NCBI RefSeq assembly: GCF_000143415.4
Contig: NW_003314408.1
Location: 1-64,000 of the forward strand
Length of the DNA: 64,000 bases
Direction of reading: 5' to 3'
Origin: Selaginella moellendorffii
Lineage: Eukaryota; Plantae; Lycopodiophyta
Part shown: piece after piece, positions 1 through 13,701 of the stretch
How the letters are laid out: every line of letters begins with the position of its first letter
How positions within the stretch are numbered: position 1 is the first letter of the stretch
Made by a program: the position numbers and the translations under genes
The notes under the pieces: generated by a model
The model's database searches: none
What the model saw: only the letters and a program-made list of their open reading frames with translations
What the model was told of the DNA's origin: nothing

Positions 1-3000
1 ACATCCGCAAAATGCAAAATGAACATCTGAAATCCTGGACAAAGGTAGCAACCACAATTTACTTAGTGATGTTTAGGATTTGGGTGAGGCATAGCTTCTA
101 GTGCAAATTTGATCACGAAGACCACATCTTTGGATATTCACATTGCACTAACACTCTTCTTCAACCATCTTCAAGATCCAATGTGAAGCCAAGACTTTAA
201 CAAGAAAAATGACATGAAAAATCAAGCTCTAAGGAGAATTTCTCATCACTTAATATAACAATATCATCTCCACTAACACAAGTGTTAGTGATGTTAATGC
301 CTCAACTACACACTTTTTCCATCCAATAACTTACTCCAAGTGTAAACGAATCAACCAACAAGCCATAGCAAGTGAATGCTATAACCCTTTCCAACACCAT
401 ATGGGCAAACCTGTAAAGAAATAAAGAACTAACTTAAGCTTAGCATAATGGGCCACCATTGAAAATCCAGTCAAAGCTACTATAATGCTATTATGTGCAA
501 GTAGACTAGCTTCACCATCAACCACTTTCAGGTTGATCATCGTTTAACCAAGCAACTTCATAAACACATTGCTCATTATTATATGGATATGATATAAGTA
601 TCACAATGACTTGATCATCAATCAAGCAACATTATGAGCAATGTCTATGTCACTACTATAAAGGTTTATGTGAGTATCAAGTGTCAACTCGATTTGATAA
701 AATGCAACATAAATGCCACACCCCATCGATAGAGATTTACAACACCTAACACCACTAACTTTTATTCACAACATGGACAAACTCATGCTACTCTTTTTCT
801 GACCAAATTCAAAACTAATCTAACATTAAGCTATTTAAAGAGCAATAACAAGGTTCTTCGGAAAAGAATTGAGCATTGCAACCCAAGTCTTTCAATAGCA
901 AGCCTAGACAAAATGGTTTAGTGCTTCACTGCTATCCATCCCATAACTCACCATTTGTAAGACCATCATTTTCAACATGCATCAAAGTAGGAACTCTTGA
1001 TTGCATGATGTAAACACAAGCAATGAGTTAACACTTCGTTGCAGATCATCTCTCCAAGAAGGGAAGATGATTTACATGTTTAATCCTTCGTACAAGAGGG
1101 AGTATTACGAGTTTGGCACCAAACATAATTATGCACATACTGGATAATATCATATTGCATCTTCAACTAATAGAAAGACCTATGCAACTTCTTGGTCACA
1201 CGACAATGTCTCATATGCTCATCTAGAACAGGAGAATCATGGTAAGCATAGAGAAACCATGAAATAAATATTGAAGGCACCACCAGCCATAAATAATCAT
1301 TAGGATCCATCCCCTCAAAATAAAAAAGGCCGTTTCAAGGCAATATTGAGAATATAAATGTCGGAATGGCAAGTCATCAACAAGTGATGCAGAATTTTCA
1401 AACCCATATCGAAGCTTTCGAATCTATAGCTCAATCTTTTGAGCCTCACGAACCTCATCGAGAGAAGGTAAATCTTGTCTATACCTTGTGGACATTGAAT
1501 GTCAAGTAAAATAACCACCGACGGCACATAATCCTCGTCTAGAAATCCATAAATGTTGGAATAACAAGCTTATCAAAAATATTATAAGAGAGCGAAGAAG
1601 GAAGAGGAGCTCAAGAAAGGGCATTAACATCATGTATAAAATTCCCCAAGTGATGAACAATATCAGAATTATATATATGAAGCTTCAAAGCCCACCGAAC
1701 AGTACAATCAACCAAGTTCTTCCACCTCAATAATGAAGTAATAGCAATATGATCACCTTCCAGTAATATCCAAGAACCATATAAATATGCATGAAGTTTC
1801 TCAAAACCCCAAACTATTACTAAACACTCCTTCTTTATCGTGGAATAATTTGTCTTTGCTAATTGTAATATATGGTTTATATATGCAATAGGATGGCACT
1901 AACCAAACACACTCATGCTCTTTTGCATCAATACACCTCCAAAACCAATATCAGAAGTATCCACGCACAAAATGAAAGGTCAAGTGTAGTTAGGATACAC
2001 CAAAATCGAAAGAGTCGTCAATAACTCTTTGAGATCCATGAATGCTCGCTTGCAGTTTGCAGACTAGATAAAAAATGATGTTGATGACTTCAACAACGCT
2101 CGTAACGATGCAGTGCAATCAGAAAGATGATCCACAAAATGACCAAAATACTACACTTTGGCTATGAAGCACTGCAAATTATTCACATACTTCGGAGTAG
2201 GGAACTTCAGAACAACCACATGGACCAAAACACACATTTCAACCGCTTCAGCTTTAAATTAACTTCCCGTAACCAATCCAACACTTTATGAACATTAGGG
2301 ATGTATTCCTCCTACATCCCCTTCGAGTAAATCAAAATATCATCAATAAAGTCAGAAGTCACCTATGGCATATTGCAAAGAACTTTGTCTATCATCAGCT
2401 GAAAAGTCGCTAGAGTATTGTTCAAACTAAACAGCATCACCAAGAACTTATACAAACCAAACAGTGTACAAAAAGCAATCATAGGAATATCTTCTTCGGC
2501 CATCGGTATTTACTAGTATCTAAAGCAAGATTTAGCTTGGTGAACTAATGACTTCTCCCAGACGATCCAAAAGATCAGCAACGTGAGGAAGAAGGTACAC
2601 ATCTGGGATCATCACTTCATTTAATGGATGATAGTCGATGTAGAAATGAATACATCTATTAGGCTTCATCATAAGATGAAGTTCATATGGCCAAGGACTC
2701 CATGACTTTCGAATAACAGCCTTTTCCAACATCTCTTTGACATTTGCATGTAAAATCTTAATATCTTTGGGTGACTAACGACGAACAGGAACCTTGATTG
2801 GACAAGCATCCCTGGTTGGAATTGAATGACATATAGCAATCTTGGCTCCAGATGATAGGTCAAATTCAAAGAGATTGGCATACTCCTGTATAAGCTGGTC
2901 ACAATACAAATGCTGTCAGAGGGATCGGAAAAGGGAAAAGTGGAACAATATGGAAACATAAAAAGAAGTAATGAGGAGATAAAAGTAATGGAAGTAGATT

Positions 3001-4760
3001 ATACCGCCATCACTTAACAATTTGCGAGCAACTGCACAAGAGAACAAAAGGAATCAAAAGCTAAGAATAGTCGATCATATAATATTTTCAAACAGTTTCT
3101 CGCAGAAATCTACCTGTAGGCTTCTTCAAGACTGGTGTTGCAATGTCTGCGAGCAAGACCATAAAAGAGTTATTACAACATCATATATCGATCGAAAGAG
3201 GGACAAAGAAGTACGGAAGTGAGAGGAATGGATAAAATATAAGAAAGTATGAAACAAAGGGGAAAAACCTCAAAATCCACTTGGCATGATTATGCTACAA
3301 CCAATCTATACCAAGGATAAAATCAAAAACTTAACTCAATACCACTTGCAATGACTGCAACCCAAGCATAAGATTGCCCACACACACAACTAGGTTTGCC
3401 TCATCTCGTACATATGCATGTGTATGGCTGTTGTCATAAAAAATAAAAACTAGCTTCGCCGCACAACGCAAATGTAGATGGCAATATGTGGCAATAGGTT
3501 GAGCAATAGAAGATAAATTTAAACTTGTATCAACCAACACAGAGAGAATAATAGGAGACCACTTTTTATAAAAACAAACTTGGAAAGTAAACACTGAATG
3601 AACTAGTGCTGAGTGAAACCCTTAATAATACTCTCGAAAGAAAGATGAAGGGGTCATTAACTTATATGCACAAGGTCCTTCTGTTACTCATGTGATTCCT
3701 TGTTTCTCAAATGCATCTTGGTGTCCAAACCTTCCACTGCATCAGCACCAACAGGATGTTGTTGACACCAAGGTATCCACCCAGGAAAAGGAGGTTGCCA
3801 ATCTGGAAAACATCAACAATACCAATAAATGTGACAAACTTCATCACACACCTAGCAGCAAACATTATAATCATGACCATGTCCTTGCTCTTGTCCTTGA
3901 ATTCGAGTAGTAGTAGCATCAACCTCCATTGGAACAAGACCATCTCACACAGAAAGTAGAGTTGAAGGACGTGTAATAAAAAATGGAAGAGACAATATTT
4001 CATAACGTTATACCAAGTGAAGGGCATTGTCAAATGTGGCTGGAGCAAGTGTTTATACAAGTCTTATAAGATCTTGACAAAGTGCTAGCTACAACATTCC
4101 CAATTTGATCTACTCTGACATATATGGCTTTGCATAAAACAAGAGGCTTTGGAAACAAATGCCAAATTGCATCACCAACTCAGATGGCCCTTGATGAAAA
4201 CAATATAATTGTTAAAAGGTATCATCACAATTGTCAACATGTTCGAATATGCATTTGAAGACATCCAAGAGAATACTTCAATCCCCATAAATGGCTACGC
4301 TCAAACCATTGTACCATTGCAACACCGTCCCTTGAAGACACATGGGAAATTCACGTAAACGTTGGATATCATCCCAAGAATGATATGTGACAATCACTGT
4401 AAAGTGATCAAACCAATAATACACATCATCCCCAGGATTCCCATGAAAGACTCCAGCCAAATGCGAGGATTGGCACCAATAGCAAGAGGAGTTGTACCAC
4501 ATGCCGTTAATGCTGCCATCAATTAAGTTTGGTTATTCAATTGCAATCATATAGTATCGAGCAACTGCACCAACTGCTACTTCAAAGTCAAAAGAGGAGG
4601 AGACTACTGCTCTGCCATAAAAATGAATGAGAAGGAAAGAGCAAAAGAAAAGAAATGAAAAAACAAAATGAACATGTTCATTGAACATAAATAAGGTGTG
4701 ACAAGGCAAAATACAATAGAACATTACAATATCTAAAACAGTACAGACAAATCTCACTGT
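1..4760 (-). mobile_element. Degenerate Ty3/gypsy LTR retrotransposon internal region (gag-PR-RT-RH-INT), same family as the element at 45266-48841
   Basis: Gag remnant FHGNPGDDVYYWFDHF..LQGTVLQWY (4278-4502); protease-like LVDTS (3331-3594); RT remnant IDYHPLNEVMIPDVYLLPHVADLLDRLG (2532-2732); 1085-1180 matches integrase sequence at 46455-46545. Many stops and frameshifts; LTRs not located. Confidence 0.8.
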
Positions 4761-5169
4761 GCTAAAAAAATAGATAGATAGACATTTTTATAGTCATCAT
4801 AGTGTCCTTTTGTGTATGGGACTCACATTCTGCAGTGGTGTCTAGATCCACACTTGAATTAAATTGGTTCTAACCAGGACACACAAAGAAGTGCCTCAAA
4901 AAATATATATTACATAAAGTTTGTGCCAAATTTCATATTTGAATATGGATGTGTCAGTGTCTAAAATAATATATATACATACAAATTGTACATAAAGTTT
5001 ATGCTGCCAACTCAATCTTTAGGGTATCCACATTGGGATGTGACGGTGCCTTGTGAACAAAGACGGAGCCTACAATTCCAATCTTCCGCCAGAGTCCTAT
5101 GAGAACATCAGAGGCTGCTGCCTGCATCCCCATCTCCTCTCTCCCATTCACCGAGATTCTACGATGTCA

Positions 5170-5360
5170 CACAACAAAGCCATCGAGATGCCACTCGAGC
5201 CTGTGGAACGGGGGAGACTGGGCTACTCACGGTGGGCTGGAGAAGATCACGCTCCATTCGTGTCAGCTTGGATGCTGATGGCCATCCAGAGGACTGACTA
5301 GGAGAAGAGGAAGCTCACATGTTCTACGACCACTGAAGGGATTTCCCACCACAAACAGCC
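5170..5360 (+). pseudogene. Xyloglucan endotransglucosylase/hydrolase (XTH, GH16) 3' remnant
   Basis: Manual translation TKPSRCHSSLWNGGDWATHGGLEKI..APFVSA resembles the XTH motif SLWNADDWATRGGLEKTDW..APF; followed by MFYD and FP remnants of the XET C-terminus; deleted and frameshifted. Confidence 0.6.
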
Positions 5361-6879
5361 AAGTGGTTTAAGTCTCCTGTACAAACACACATTACTTTTA
5401 CCAGACTTTACATGTTGCCATGGTTGTCTCAAAAGTCAGTCCCTTCTTGCTTGCGCTTTTACCTTCTAAAGTATTCTATTATCCCCATGCATACTGAACC
5501 TGCGAGAAAGAGTGTGTTTATGAAAAAGCACAAGCTTGAATGAGAAAAGGCTTTTGCATAGCATAAGACGATGGCAATCGCACAGAGGGAGATGAATGGC
5601 ATCCCGGGGATTGATCCATCCGATCGCAATCATGCTCAGAAGGATGCAACGACGGATTTGGCAAGTGTTTGAACGGCTTTCCAAAGGGTTGATGATTATG
5701 TCAATGGTAAGCTGAGGAGGAATTCATTTTAACTGCCTAGACTTCTGTTGAAACTACAAATCCTCCGGCACCCAAAAAGCCAGTAATTAGAGGCTCAAGT
5801 GCAAATGCGAGACTACTTGGCAGAAAGCTTTCCAAAAACAAGTCTAGCTGTTTAGAAAATCTCACCACAACACATGAGCACTCCAAACAAGGCCTACTGC
5901 AAAAGAACGTTAGAAATCACGATAAATTTCGGATGAAAACTTACTCCGATTTTATCGTATTGCTTAAAGGTTAGAAATTAGAATTGTGATAGTGAAGCTC
6001 TGTTTGTGCTGACAGGGCATAACCCTAAAGGCATCTAAGCTCTTTCGGACTGCAACGAAACGAAACGGGCCCGAGATCCAACCAAGATAAATGAGGGAAG
6101 GCTCTGACGTGGCTGCTGACGCCTATGACTAGGACATTGACGTGTACAACACGGCCAATCAGAAACGATGAGATTGAGCATGTGATCGACAAGGACCTTT
6201 CTCGGGTATACCCGGAGAATGGTAGTTTAAGGGTCTCGATATCGATCTTAGTTTTGGACCCAATCTCGGATTTCGGACTTGGCCTCAAATTTGGTCTTGA
6301 ACTCGGTCTTGAACTCAATCTCAGACTCAATCTTGAACTTGGTCTCGGAGTTAGTCTCAGACTTGATATTGGACTCAGTTTCATTCGATGAACTCTTTAT
6401 CATTTCAGTTATGCTTTCGGGGATCCTTTAATTTACAACATCTCATGGAATTGGTTCCTTACATCTAGATTTGCTAATTTTGTATATCTATGGAATGTAA
6501 ATATTATTCTAAACACAATAATGTTGTTCTCGCATCCAAATTTGCAAACTAGTGTCATTCAATATTTAGTAAGTTGATATAAATCGCCGCAAGGGCAGCT
6601 TGCGGGGATTGCTGCTTGGATTAGATGCTTCCCAGGTGACACAAAATTTAGGGCTTCTGTCTTCTTGTGTGACACTTTAGCAGCTTGACGCTGATTTTCA
6701 TCCAATTTCTGTGGTAAGCAAGCATTAGCTCTTTTTCTTTTTGTCTTTGCTGGTACTGGAATGAAATGCATGATCTATTCGAGAAAGAGAGAAAAATGGC
6801 AAAAAGGATGAAATACAATGCACGAGAGAATGAAAAAAGAGAGAAAAAATGGTGAATGCTGTGGGTGCAATGTAGAGCT

Positions 6880-7654
6880 GCCGGTGCCAATGCAAGAAAA
6901 CTTTCTGCTATCCAGGCCATCATGCCAGGCATATTCTAGAGGAATCTGCTTGCAAGTCCATGGACCTCCTCAAAGACCAGGGAGCCCCAACGCAAAGCTT
7001 GGGATTGCCTATGAAACTTGAGTTGAACATGGGGACGTCCAGTGCTTGTGGAAGCACTCAAGAAAAGTTGTTATATGAGACGTTGAAGAGCAGGAAATCT
7101 TTGAGCCTCATTCTGGTCAGCACTGGAGGAATGTCGTTGCTGAGCTTGTTCCTGGATGAGTTGAGTGACACCATCTTTACAATAGAAGGTGGTATGGAAC
7201 CGGACAGGTGATGGACCCGTCAAGGATGGCAAGGCTGCTCAAGTTGCTCCGAATTCCACCTTCCAGATAGTTTGATCCCAACAGCAACTTTGAGCACAGA
7301 CTGTAGTATGGTACCTGAGAGCTTATTTCCGTACGCCGTGAACTCATTCAGTACTTGCAGCTTGTCAATCTCCGTGGGGATCGTTCCAGTCAACTTCTTG
7401 TTGTGGATTCTCAACGTCTGGAGATTAGTGAGCTGCGATGGCACCAAGCCTTTGAAATAGTTGTTGTAAATCTCCAAGATGGTCATACGAGGCAATCCCA
7501 AAGACAGCTTGTTGTGGTCGAACGGACTTGCAGTCCTAGTAGACCAGGATTCCTCCAGAGAGGCTGTTGTTGAAGAGATGAGCTTCTGGAGTCGGCCCCC
7601 AGTGCACGAGCCGCTTGGAACCGCTTCAGTGAGAAGATTTGTGGAGATGTCCAA
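6880..7654 (-). pseudogene. LRR receptor-like kinase ectodomain/TM remnant (LRR-XI-like), copy 1
   Basis: Plant LRRs (LQTLRIHNKKLTGTIPTEIDKLQVLNEF..GNKLSGTI), C-cap NVSYNNFS*..SFIGNPKLC and hydrophobic MMAWIAESFLALAPAA; stops, frameshifts, no kinase domain. Confidence 0.75.
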
Positions 7655-7745
7655 TATCTCACTTCAATTAAGCCACCATTTTGTTTTTTTATCTATAAAA
7701 AAGAAAAATGTACATTCATGAAGAGGGTTAGGGTTTCCACAACAG

Positions 7746-8282
7746 ATGAGGATCTGTTTGTTCGAGTATTACCTGCTTGCACAACAGTGCTCCCCTATGA
7801 TCGAGGAGGCCTTTGATTATCTGGAGCACGACGAGCCTCTGCCAATGGACGACGAGCTTCCTCCAAACCCATCATCACCTCCAAAGAGGCAACGCAAGGA
7901 ACAAGAGCCCCGGGCCGCCAAGGCACGAGAGGAGCCTTGGGTTGTGGCGCCTCCAGTGGCCACACAGGATGATCCGGATGAAGATCGGGAGGCGATCGCT
8001 CCGGCTGTGAGGAAGAAGAGGGGGCGGCCCCCTGGGAAAGATAACCATGCAGTGTTCCAGCCCGCCCACGAAGGCCTTCCCACCAGCGATGATCTTGAGC
8101 TAGCAAAATCGATCAAACCGCCCTGCAAGACTTGTGGCGAGCCCTCCAGTTTCAACGACTTTAACAACAAGAAGATCACGCAGCCGCGATACAAGTGTAA
8201 GAACAAGGTCTGCTGTAAGCGTGATTCCAAGTTCCTGTTAAAGGACGAGAAGATCTTGAGGGAGCTTGGTTTGATCATCTAG
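7746..8282 (+). CDS. 178-aa putative nuclear protein with AT-hook-like KKRGRPP and a divergent Dof-like C2C2 zinc finger
   Basis: Intact ORF with PPKRQRK (NLS-like), KKRGRPP and CKTC-x8-FNN-x4-QPRYKCKNKVC resembling Dof CPRC..YNNY..QPRYFCKxC. Confidence 0.55.
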   Translation: MRICLFEYYLLAQQCSPMIEEAFDYLEHDEPLPMDDELPPNPSSPPKRQRKEQEPRAAKAREEPWVVAPPVATQDDPDEDREAIAPAVRKKRGRPPGKDNHAVFQPAHEGLPTSDDLELAKSIKPPCKTCGEPSSFNDFNNKKITQPRYKCKNKVCCKRDSKFLLKDEKILRELGLII

Positions 8283-9179
8283 AGTAATTATTAAATATGA
8301 TAGTTTTCATTACTAGTGAGCACATGGACCTTTATTTTCCATCTGGTAAACTTCAACCTTTAAAAAATGAATAGATGATTTTTATGGTATGGATGTATGA
8401 TGAGGGAAAAAAACATAGGTGTGACTTTATGTTTGCAGGAGAGTTCAACTGAAGTGAATATAAAATAGTTTTAAGAGTGAATGTTCATTTGAGGTACAAA
8501 TAACCAAGTTAAGATAGTTATTTAATAAAATAAAAGTTACAGACTAAATGTGCAGTAGAGATCTAGTCAAAACCACATGAAATTTCCTCCATTATTTTGT
8601 ACCTCAAAAGCGTTGAATTGGCATAATTAAACAATTTTTTATTCCCAAACTGTTTTCATCTTTTATAATGTGGAGGGAGGATATTAGGGACGAGATAGTC
8701 TCTTACCTCATGTTCAACACTCATACCAGAACTTCAAACAATTGTGTTGCCATTGATGACAAACAATTGTCAATTCTGAAATTTCATATATCTTACATTT
8801 TGAGGTCATAAGAAACACTATTAACAATAACAACTCTAAGTTACAACTTCTTACTGTCTAAATGCCACACTTGAATTGTACATATTATTTGTCCACTACA
8901 AAATACCAATATAATTTCTACTTTCCATCATCTTTAGATTGAGGAAATACAATATTTAACTTGTTTTGCATTGTAATAGCCACTCATTCTATCACAAGAG
9001 CATAAGATATGTCTTATCCAAACCTAGTGTTGATGAAATCCATAAGTTTCTGATAAATTTACTTTAACTTATGAACACCAGACCATTTTTGTTTCTGCAT
9101 TTAAACATGAAACATTTTAAAATTTGCCAATAGTAACTTTTTTTTATTGAAATAATAAACTTGAAATATTAATAATGTT

Positions 9180-10225
9180 CTGTGCATTGTCTAATAGTAG
9201 TATTATTCCTATTTATTAATCTAATTGATCAAATAGAGGTTTATAATTATAAAAATTAACCATTAGATGAGAATAAAATAGGTAGTGTTTAGGAAAATTT
9301 AAAATTATAAACATGTTTAAATAATAAATACAAGATTAATATAAATGAATAACAACCATTAGATGGAAGAATATCCAAGAATATTTTAGGTTTATTCACT
9401 ACCCCATTCCCCTTATTGATTAAGCAAACAAAAAATTATTTATAATATAAAAATTATGAATGATTACAGACTACTTTATATATTGCCAATAGTAACTTTT
9501 CTTTAAGTTACTCTTAAAGAAGAAATAAAATATAACATATTTTAATTCATGGTTGTGCTTATTCTAAAAAATGGACTATATTTAATAATTAAACCAATGT
9601 AGATCATTTAACGAAAATGCCTTGAAAGAAGTTAAAACTTTTAATGAAAAAACAGAAAATTTTGGAAGGTAAGGAAAATTATCTATTATAATCTAAAATT
9701 TATATTAGGTATTTGTAACAAGAATATTATTATTTACCAAATGCATATATGATACATAGTTTTAATTATTTTATAGTAAATATTAATATTATCATTTTCT
9801 TTTGTTTCAGTGTTAAATTATAGTCACCATTGAGCTAATGATATTGAAGTATGTTCTTTTAGTGTAATAAATATTTCTAGAATATCTAAATATATTCTAG
9901 GATAGTTTTCAATCAAATGGTTATGATTTTCTCATATTAATTTTTGGTTTGCCTGGTGGTAGTGGATATACCTAGAATATTCTAGAATATTTTAGGATAT
10001 TCTACCATTTAATGGTTGTTATGTATTTAGATTAATCTTGTACTTATAATTTATAAATTTTCCTAAACGCTTCCTAGTATATTCTAGTTTACTCTACCAT
10101 CTAATGGTTGATATTCAATAAGATTAATCTTGTGTTTATAAATTATAAACATGTTTATAATTATAAATTCAATAAATAGGAATAACACTACTATTAAGCA
10201 AACCAAGCGTTGAATGTGCAGAAAA
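9180..10225. mobile_element. AT-rich foldback/MITE-like element with ~250-bp imperfect terminal inverted repeats, copy 1
   Basis: 9190-9430 is an imperfect reverse complement of 9940-10200 (tagtagtattattcctatttatt / aataaataggaataacactacta; aaccattagatgg / ccatctaatggtt); no ORF. Confidence 0.55.
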
Positions 10226-10987
10226 TTATTTTTACAATTTCTAATAAGAGTTAATTAGAACTAATATAAAAAAATTTACATTTATTTTTTAAAGAGAAAA
10301 AAAATCCATTATTTACTTGCAGAACTTCATCATTTTCATCAAACATCTATGCTCATTGTACAAATAATAAGAAAATTTATCCCAAAAGGATCATTTCTAT
10401 AGAAGAGAAGCTTTGGGAATAATAACACACTGTTTCCCAAAGAGCTTGCTTAAAGTTTGAAGAGCACAATAAGCACTTCTTTTTTATTCTCTTACATGAC
10501 ATAATAAAATAACGCAATTTTTTCGGGGTTCGATCCTCTTCAAAAATCACTCTCTAGAGCGTGGTCTGGCCACTGCTGTAAGTTCTCCCAAACTGCCTGT
10601 GCAACCTGTTGTTTAGTATTTTTCTTTGCAACTCATTTTAATCATTATTCACATGTCATGGCCAATGCTATTCCCTTCTGTCACAAGGTACGTTGGTGTC
10701 ATGGAGACTCTCTTTATCTTGGAGGAGAGGGATAAACTTTTATCAATTAGCACAAATTTTATATTGGATTGAGTTTCTCCTACACAGCTAGATTTAAGCT
10801 GCAAAGGTCCAATTTCAATTTAGTTTTAACAGTCAACTTATATCCAAGCAAAAAACGCTTAATGCAGCAGAATATATGATATCCCGTTTCTAATTTTGCG
10901 ATTACGAGGAAAGTCAACCAATCAGAAAGTTGACCAGGCTGTGCTTGAAAACATTGAACTTGTCAGTCAGGATCGTGGGTACACACA

Positions 10988-13377
10988 ATGAATCCTCCCT
11001 TTCCAGACGCCCAGCTCGGGTCACCCGAATTGTGATCCTCTTCATCCTGATCCAGGCTTTCCTAGCCGCTGGGAAGCTCCTCATGCACGCACAGGACGAC
11101 GATTTTCCTCTCACCGTTGCCGCCAGCAACAAGCTCCACGCCAGGTTCTTATCTCTCATTGCTGCCATCTCTCCCAAGCTCACTTATGATGGAGCCACGG
11201 ATCCATACTTCCGGGGCCAGGCCATTGTTGACACCTTGTTCCTCCTGGAATCCAATTTCTCGCTGGTTCTCAACCTCTACTTTTACAACGTCGAGTACTG
11301 CGGCCCAAACTTTAGCCCCGACTTTGGTGGCACTGGCAGCAAGCTTCGTGCTGGATTCACGGCTCTCTTACCGGATCTCCGAGGTCTCATGAACTTGAGC
11401 TATGGAGCGGCCTATGTCGCCCAAGGACAGTTCCAAGCCGGATACTACATCAAGGGCATGAACTTGAGAGGATCTAATGGATCGTGTTCGACTCTCCGGC
11501 TGGAAAATTCCACGGATCATATTGGCTACTGCTACGACTACGAAGACACACGACTGAGTTACAGTGTTTTCGACAGGCTCTACCCGGGTTGCCAGATTCA
11601 ATCTGCTAAAAAGCCCGAGTACGTGCTGGAGATGCGAGAGGACTGCAACGCTGTGTTTAGCGACACCACTACCAAAGAGGTTTTGTGGCAGTCGAAAACG
11701 AAGGGAAGCGGAAGGGACTGCGAGCTTGTTCTTGAAAAGACGGCGACGCTAGCTGTGTATGATCGAAACGGGACTGTCTTGGCGAGGTTTGGGACGAACA
11801 ACTCCACGAATGCGTCCTTGTTTGCGGTCCAGGGAGATAGAAACATGGTGATCTATGCCATCAGCAACATGAAGACTCCAATGGCGGTGTGGAGCTCACA
11901 CACTTTCAAAGGCGAGCTTTTGCAAGTTATGATGTGAATCTCTTACATGCTTCTTCTTTCTCACTAGATCCATCTTCTCCGAATGGATCGACGCCGCAGC
12001 CAAATGGTACCAGCTCTGTTTGGCAGCCTTCGTTGAGCTCCAAGTCGAGGCGACGGATTCGAACGATTGCAGTCTCCGTAGGAGCGTCTCTCGTTGGAGT
12101 GGCACTGGTGATTTTGTGTGTTGTGCTGATTTTGCGAAAGAAAAGAAATCGTAAAGCTAGCCGGGAAGCGTTGAGCTGGCTACCACCCGATTGCAAGGCC
12201 AGGAAATACTCGTACGAACAGCTCCAAGAGGCTACCAAAGGATTTCACAAGGACAACTTAGTAGGCAGAGGCGGATTTGCGAGTGTGTACAAGGTAAGTC
12301 TTTGTTTCTTTCTTTCGAGAAGTTCCTCGACTTTTGATCACACACAGGGAGTTATAGACAATCACTTTGTTGCCGTCAAATACTTGACTAGCTCCGACTT
12401 ATCAGACAAGGCAAGGCGGGATTTCGAAAACGAGGTGTCTGCGATTTGCCTCCTCCAGCACAAGAATGTTGTCAAGCTTTTTGGTTTCTGCTCTGAGAAA
12501 GAGCACAAGCTCATTGTCTGCGAGTTCATCGAGAATGGAAACCTATCGGACGCTTTGTTTAGTAAGTTTCGCTAGATCCATGAAAGAGTTATCATGCTTT
12601 CTCTCTCGGCAGGGTCTCCAGACAAAGGTTTGGAGCTAAATTGGACAGCCAGATACAACATCTGTGTGGGAGTTGCGCAAGGTCTGGCATACTTGCACGG
12701 AGAAACATCACAGGCAACCATCGTGCACAGAGACATCAAGGCCCTCAACATCCTTCTAGCAAGCAATCTCGAGGCAAAGATCTCGGACTTCGGCCTGGCA
12801 AGACTGATCCAGGAAGATCGGAGCTATATCAGCACACGAGCCGCAGGAACAGTGTAAGTTTTTTTATGTCCAAAAACTTCAACTTCCATGGAGATCGTTT
12901 CCAGTGGCTATCTAGCTCCAGAGTACGCTCTCTCCGGCCAGCTCACCGAGAAGGCCGATGTCTACTCGTTTGGGATCCTTGTCCTGGAGATCTTGAGTGG
13001 AAGGATAAGCATGGATTTCACACTCTCGGATGGCGATTCCTTCCTTCTCGAACGGGTGAGTGGTTTTGATCTCTATTTCTTCGTCTAAGATCCTTCTTCC
13101 GAACCAGGCATGGAATGTCTTCCAGAGCGGCCACCTCCTGGAGATGATTGACAAGCGACTGGATGTGGGCGACGAGCGAGATATTCACGAGATGGAGCGC
13201 GTGTTCTTGGTGGCTCTCCACTGCACGCAAGCCAGCGGCAGCAAGCGCCCGTCGATGTTTAGAGTGGTGGGAATGCTCATGGGAGACATGGAAATCGGTG
13301 GCACCATCTCCAGGCCTGGCTTCCTCTTTGATCTGAGGCAAAACCTCGAGGAGTCCAAATCTTTTACCGAAACTTGA
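10988..13377 (+). pseudogene. B-lectin (GNA-type) receptor-like Ser/Thr kinase, copy 1, with a 1-bp deletion just after the start codon
   Basis: Exons 10988-11911, 11968-12293, 12348-12561, 12613-12853, 12905-13055, 13108-13377. QGDRNMVIY lectin motif, TM helix, [25 protein letters not shown]. The ATG at 10988 reaches TGA at 11033 because gggatc (copy 2) is gggtc here; this could be a sequencing error. Confidence 0.75.
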
Positions 13378-13701
13378 CCACGTTTTGCGTTATTTAACTG
13401 AAGTGGTACTTTTGACTGTGTCCAAATGCTCAAAGAAGTCTACTGTGGCAGTGTTGCATGATCGCTAGGAATCAAAGCAAAGCCAGGATTTCTATTCGAT
13501 TGGGAAGAAAATGAGCACGAGAAGAGAAAGAGTCCATATACAAATGTTCATCCTATATGCCAATTGCCTCTTGCGCTTGATTTCTGGCAGGATTTCTGGC
13601 AGGATTTCTATGCGTGAGGGTATTCCCTTCAGGTCTGTGTAAGACCATGCCTCTTGCAAGTGGGATTCATCTACCCAAAATGGCTTTCACCACTTGATTG
13701 G

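Larger units (their letters stand above)
6795..13477 (+). repeat. Segmental duplication, copy 1 (direct repeat of 23849-30840)
   Basis: Collinear sequence from aatggcaaaaaggatgaaatac to catgatcgct..aatcaa; near-identical ORF pairs in the track offset by ~17.1-17.4 kb. Confidence 0.95.

Noticed and set aside
5566-5710. Exon-like segment MAIAQREMNGIPGIDPSDRNH.. ending in gtaag
   Set aside because: Contains an in-frame stop and I cannot assign a family.
10930-10987. TTG-initiated N-terminal extension of RLK copy 1
   Set aside because: Non-ATG start; comparison with copy 2 shows the true ATG at 10988 followed by a 1-bp deletion.
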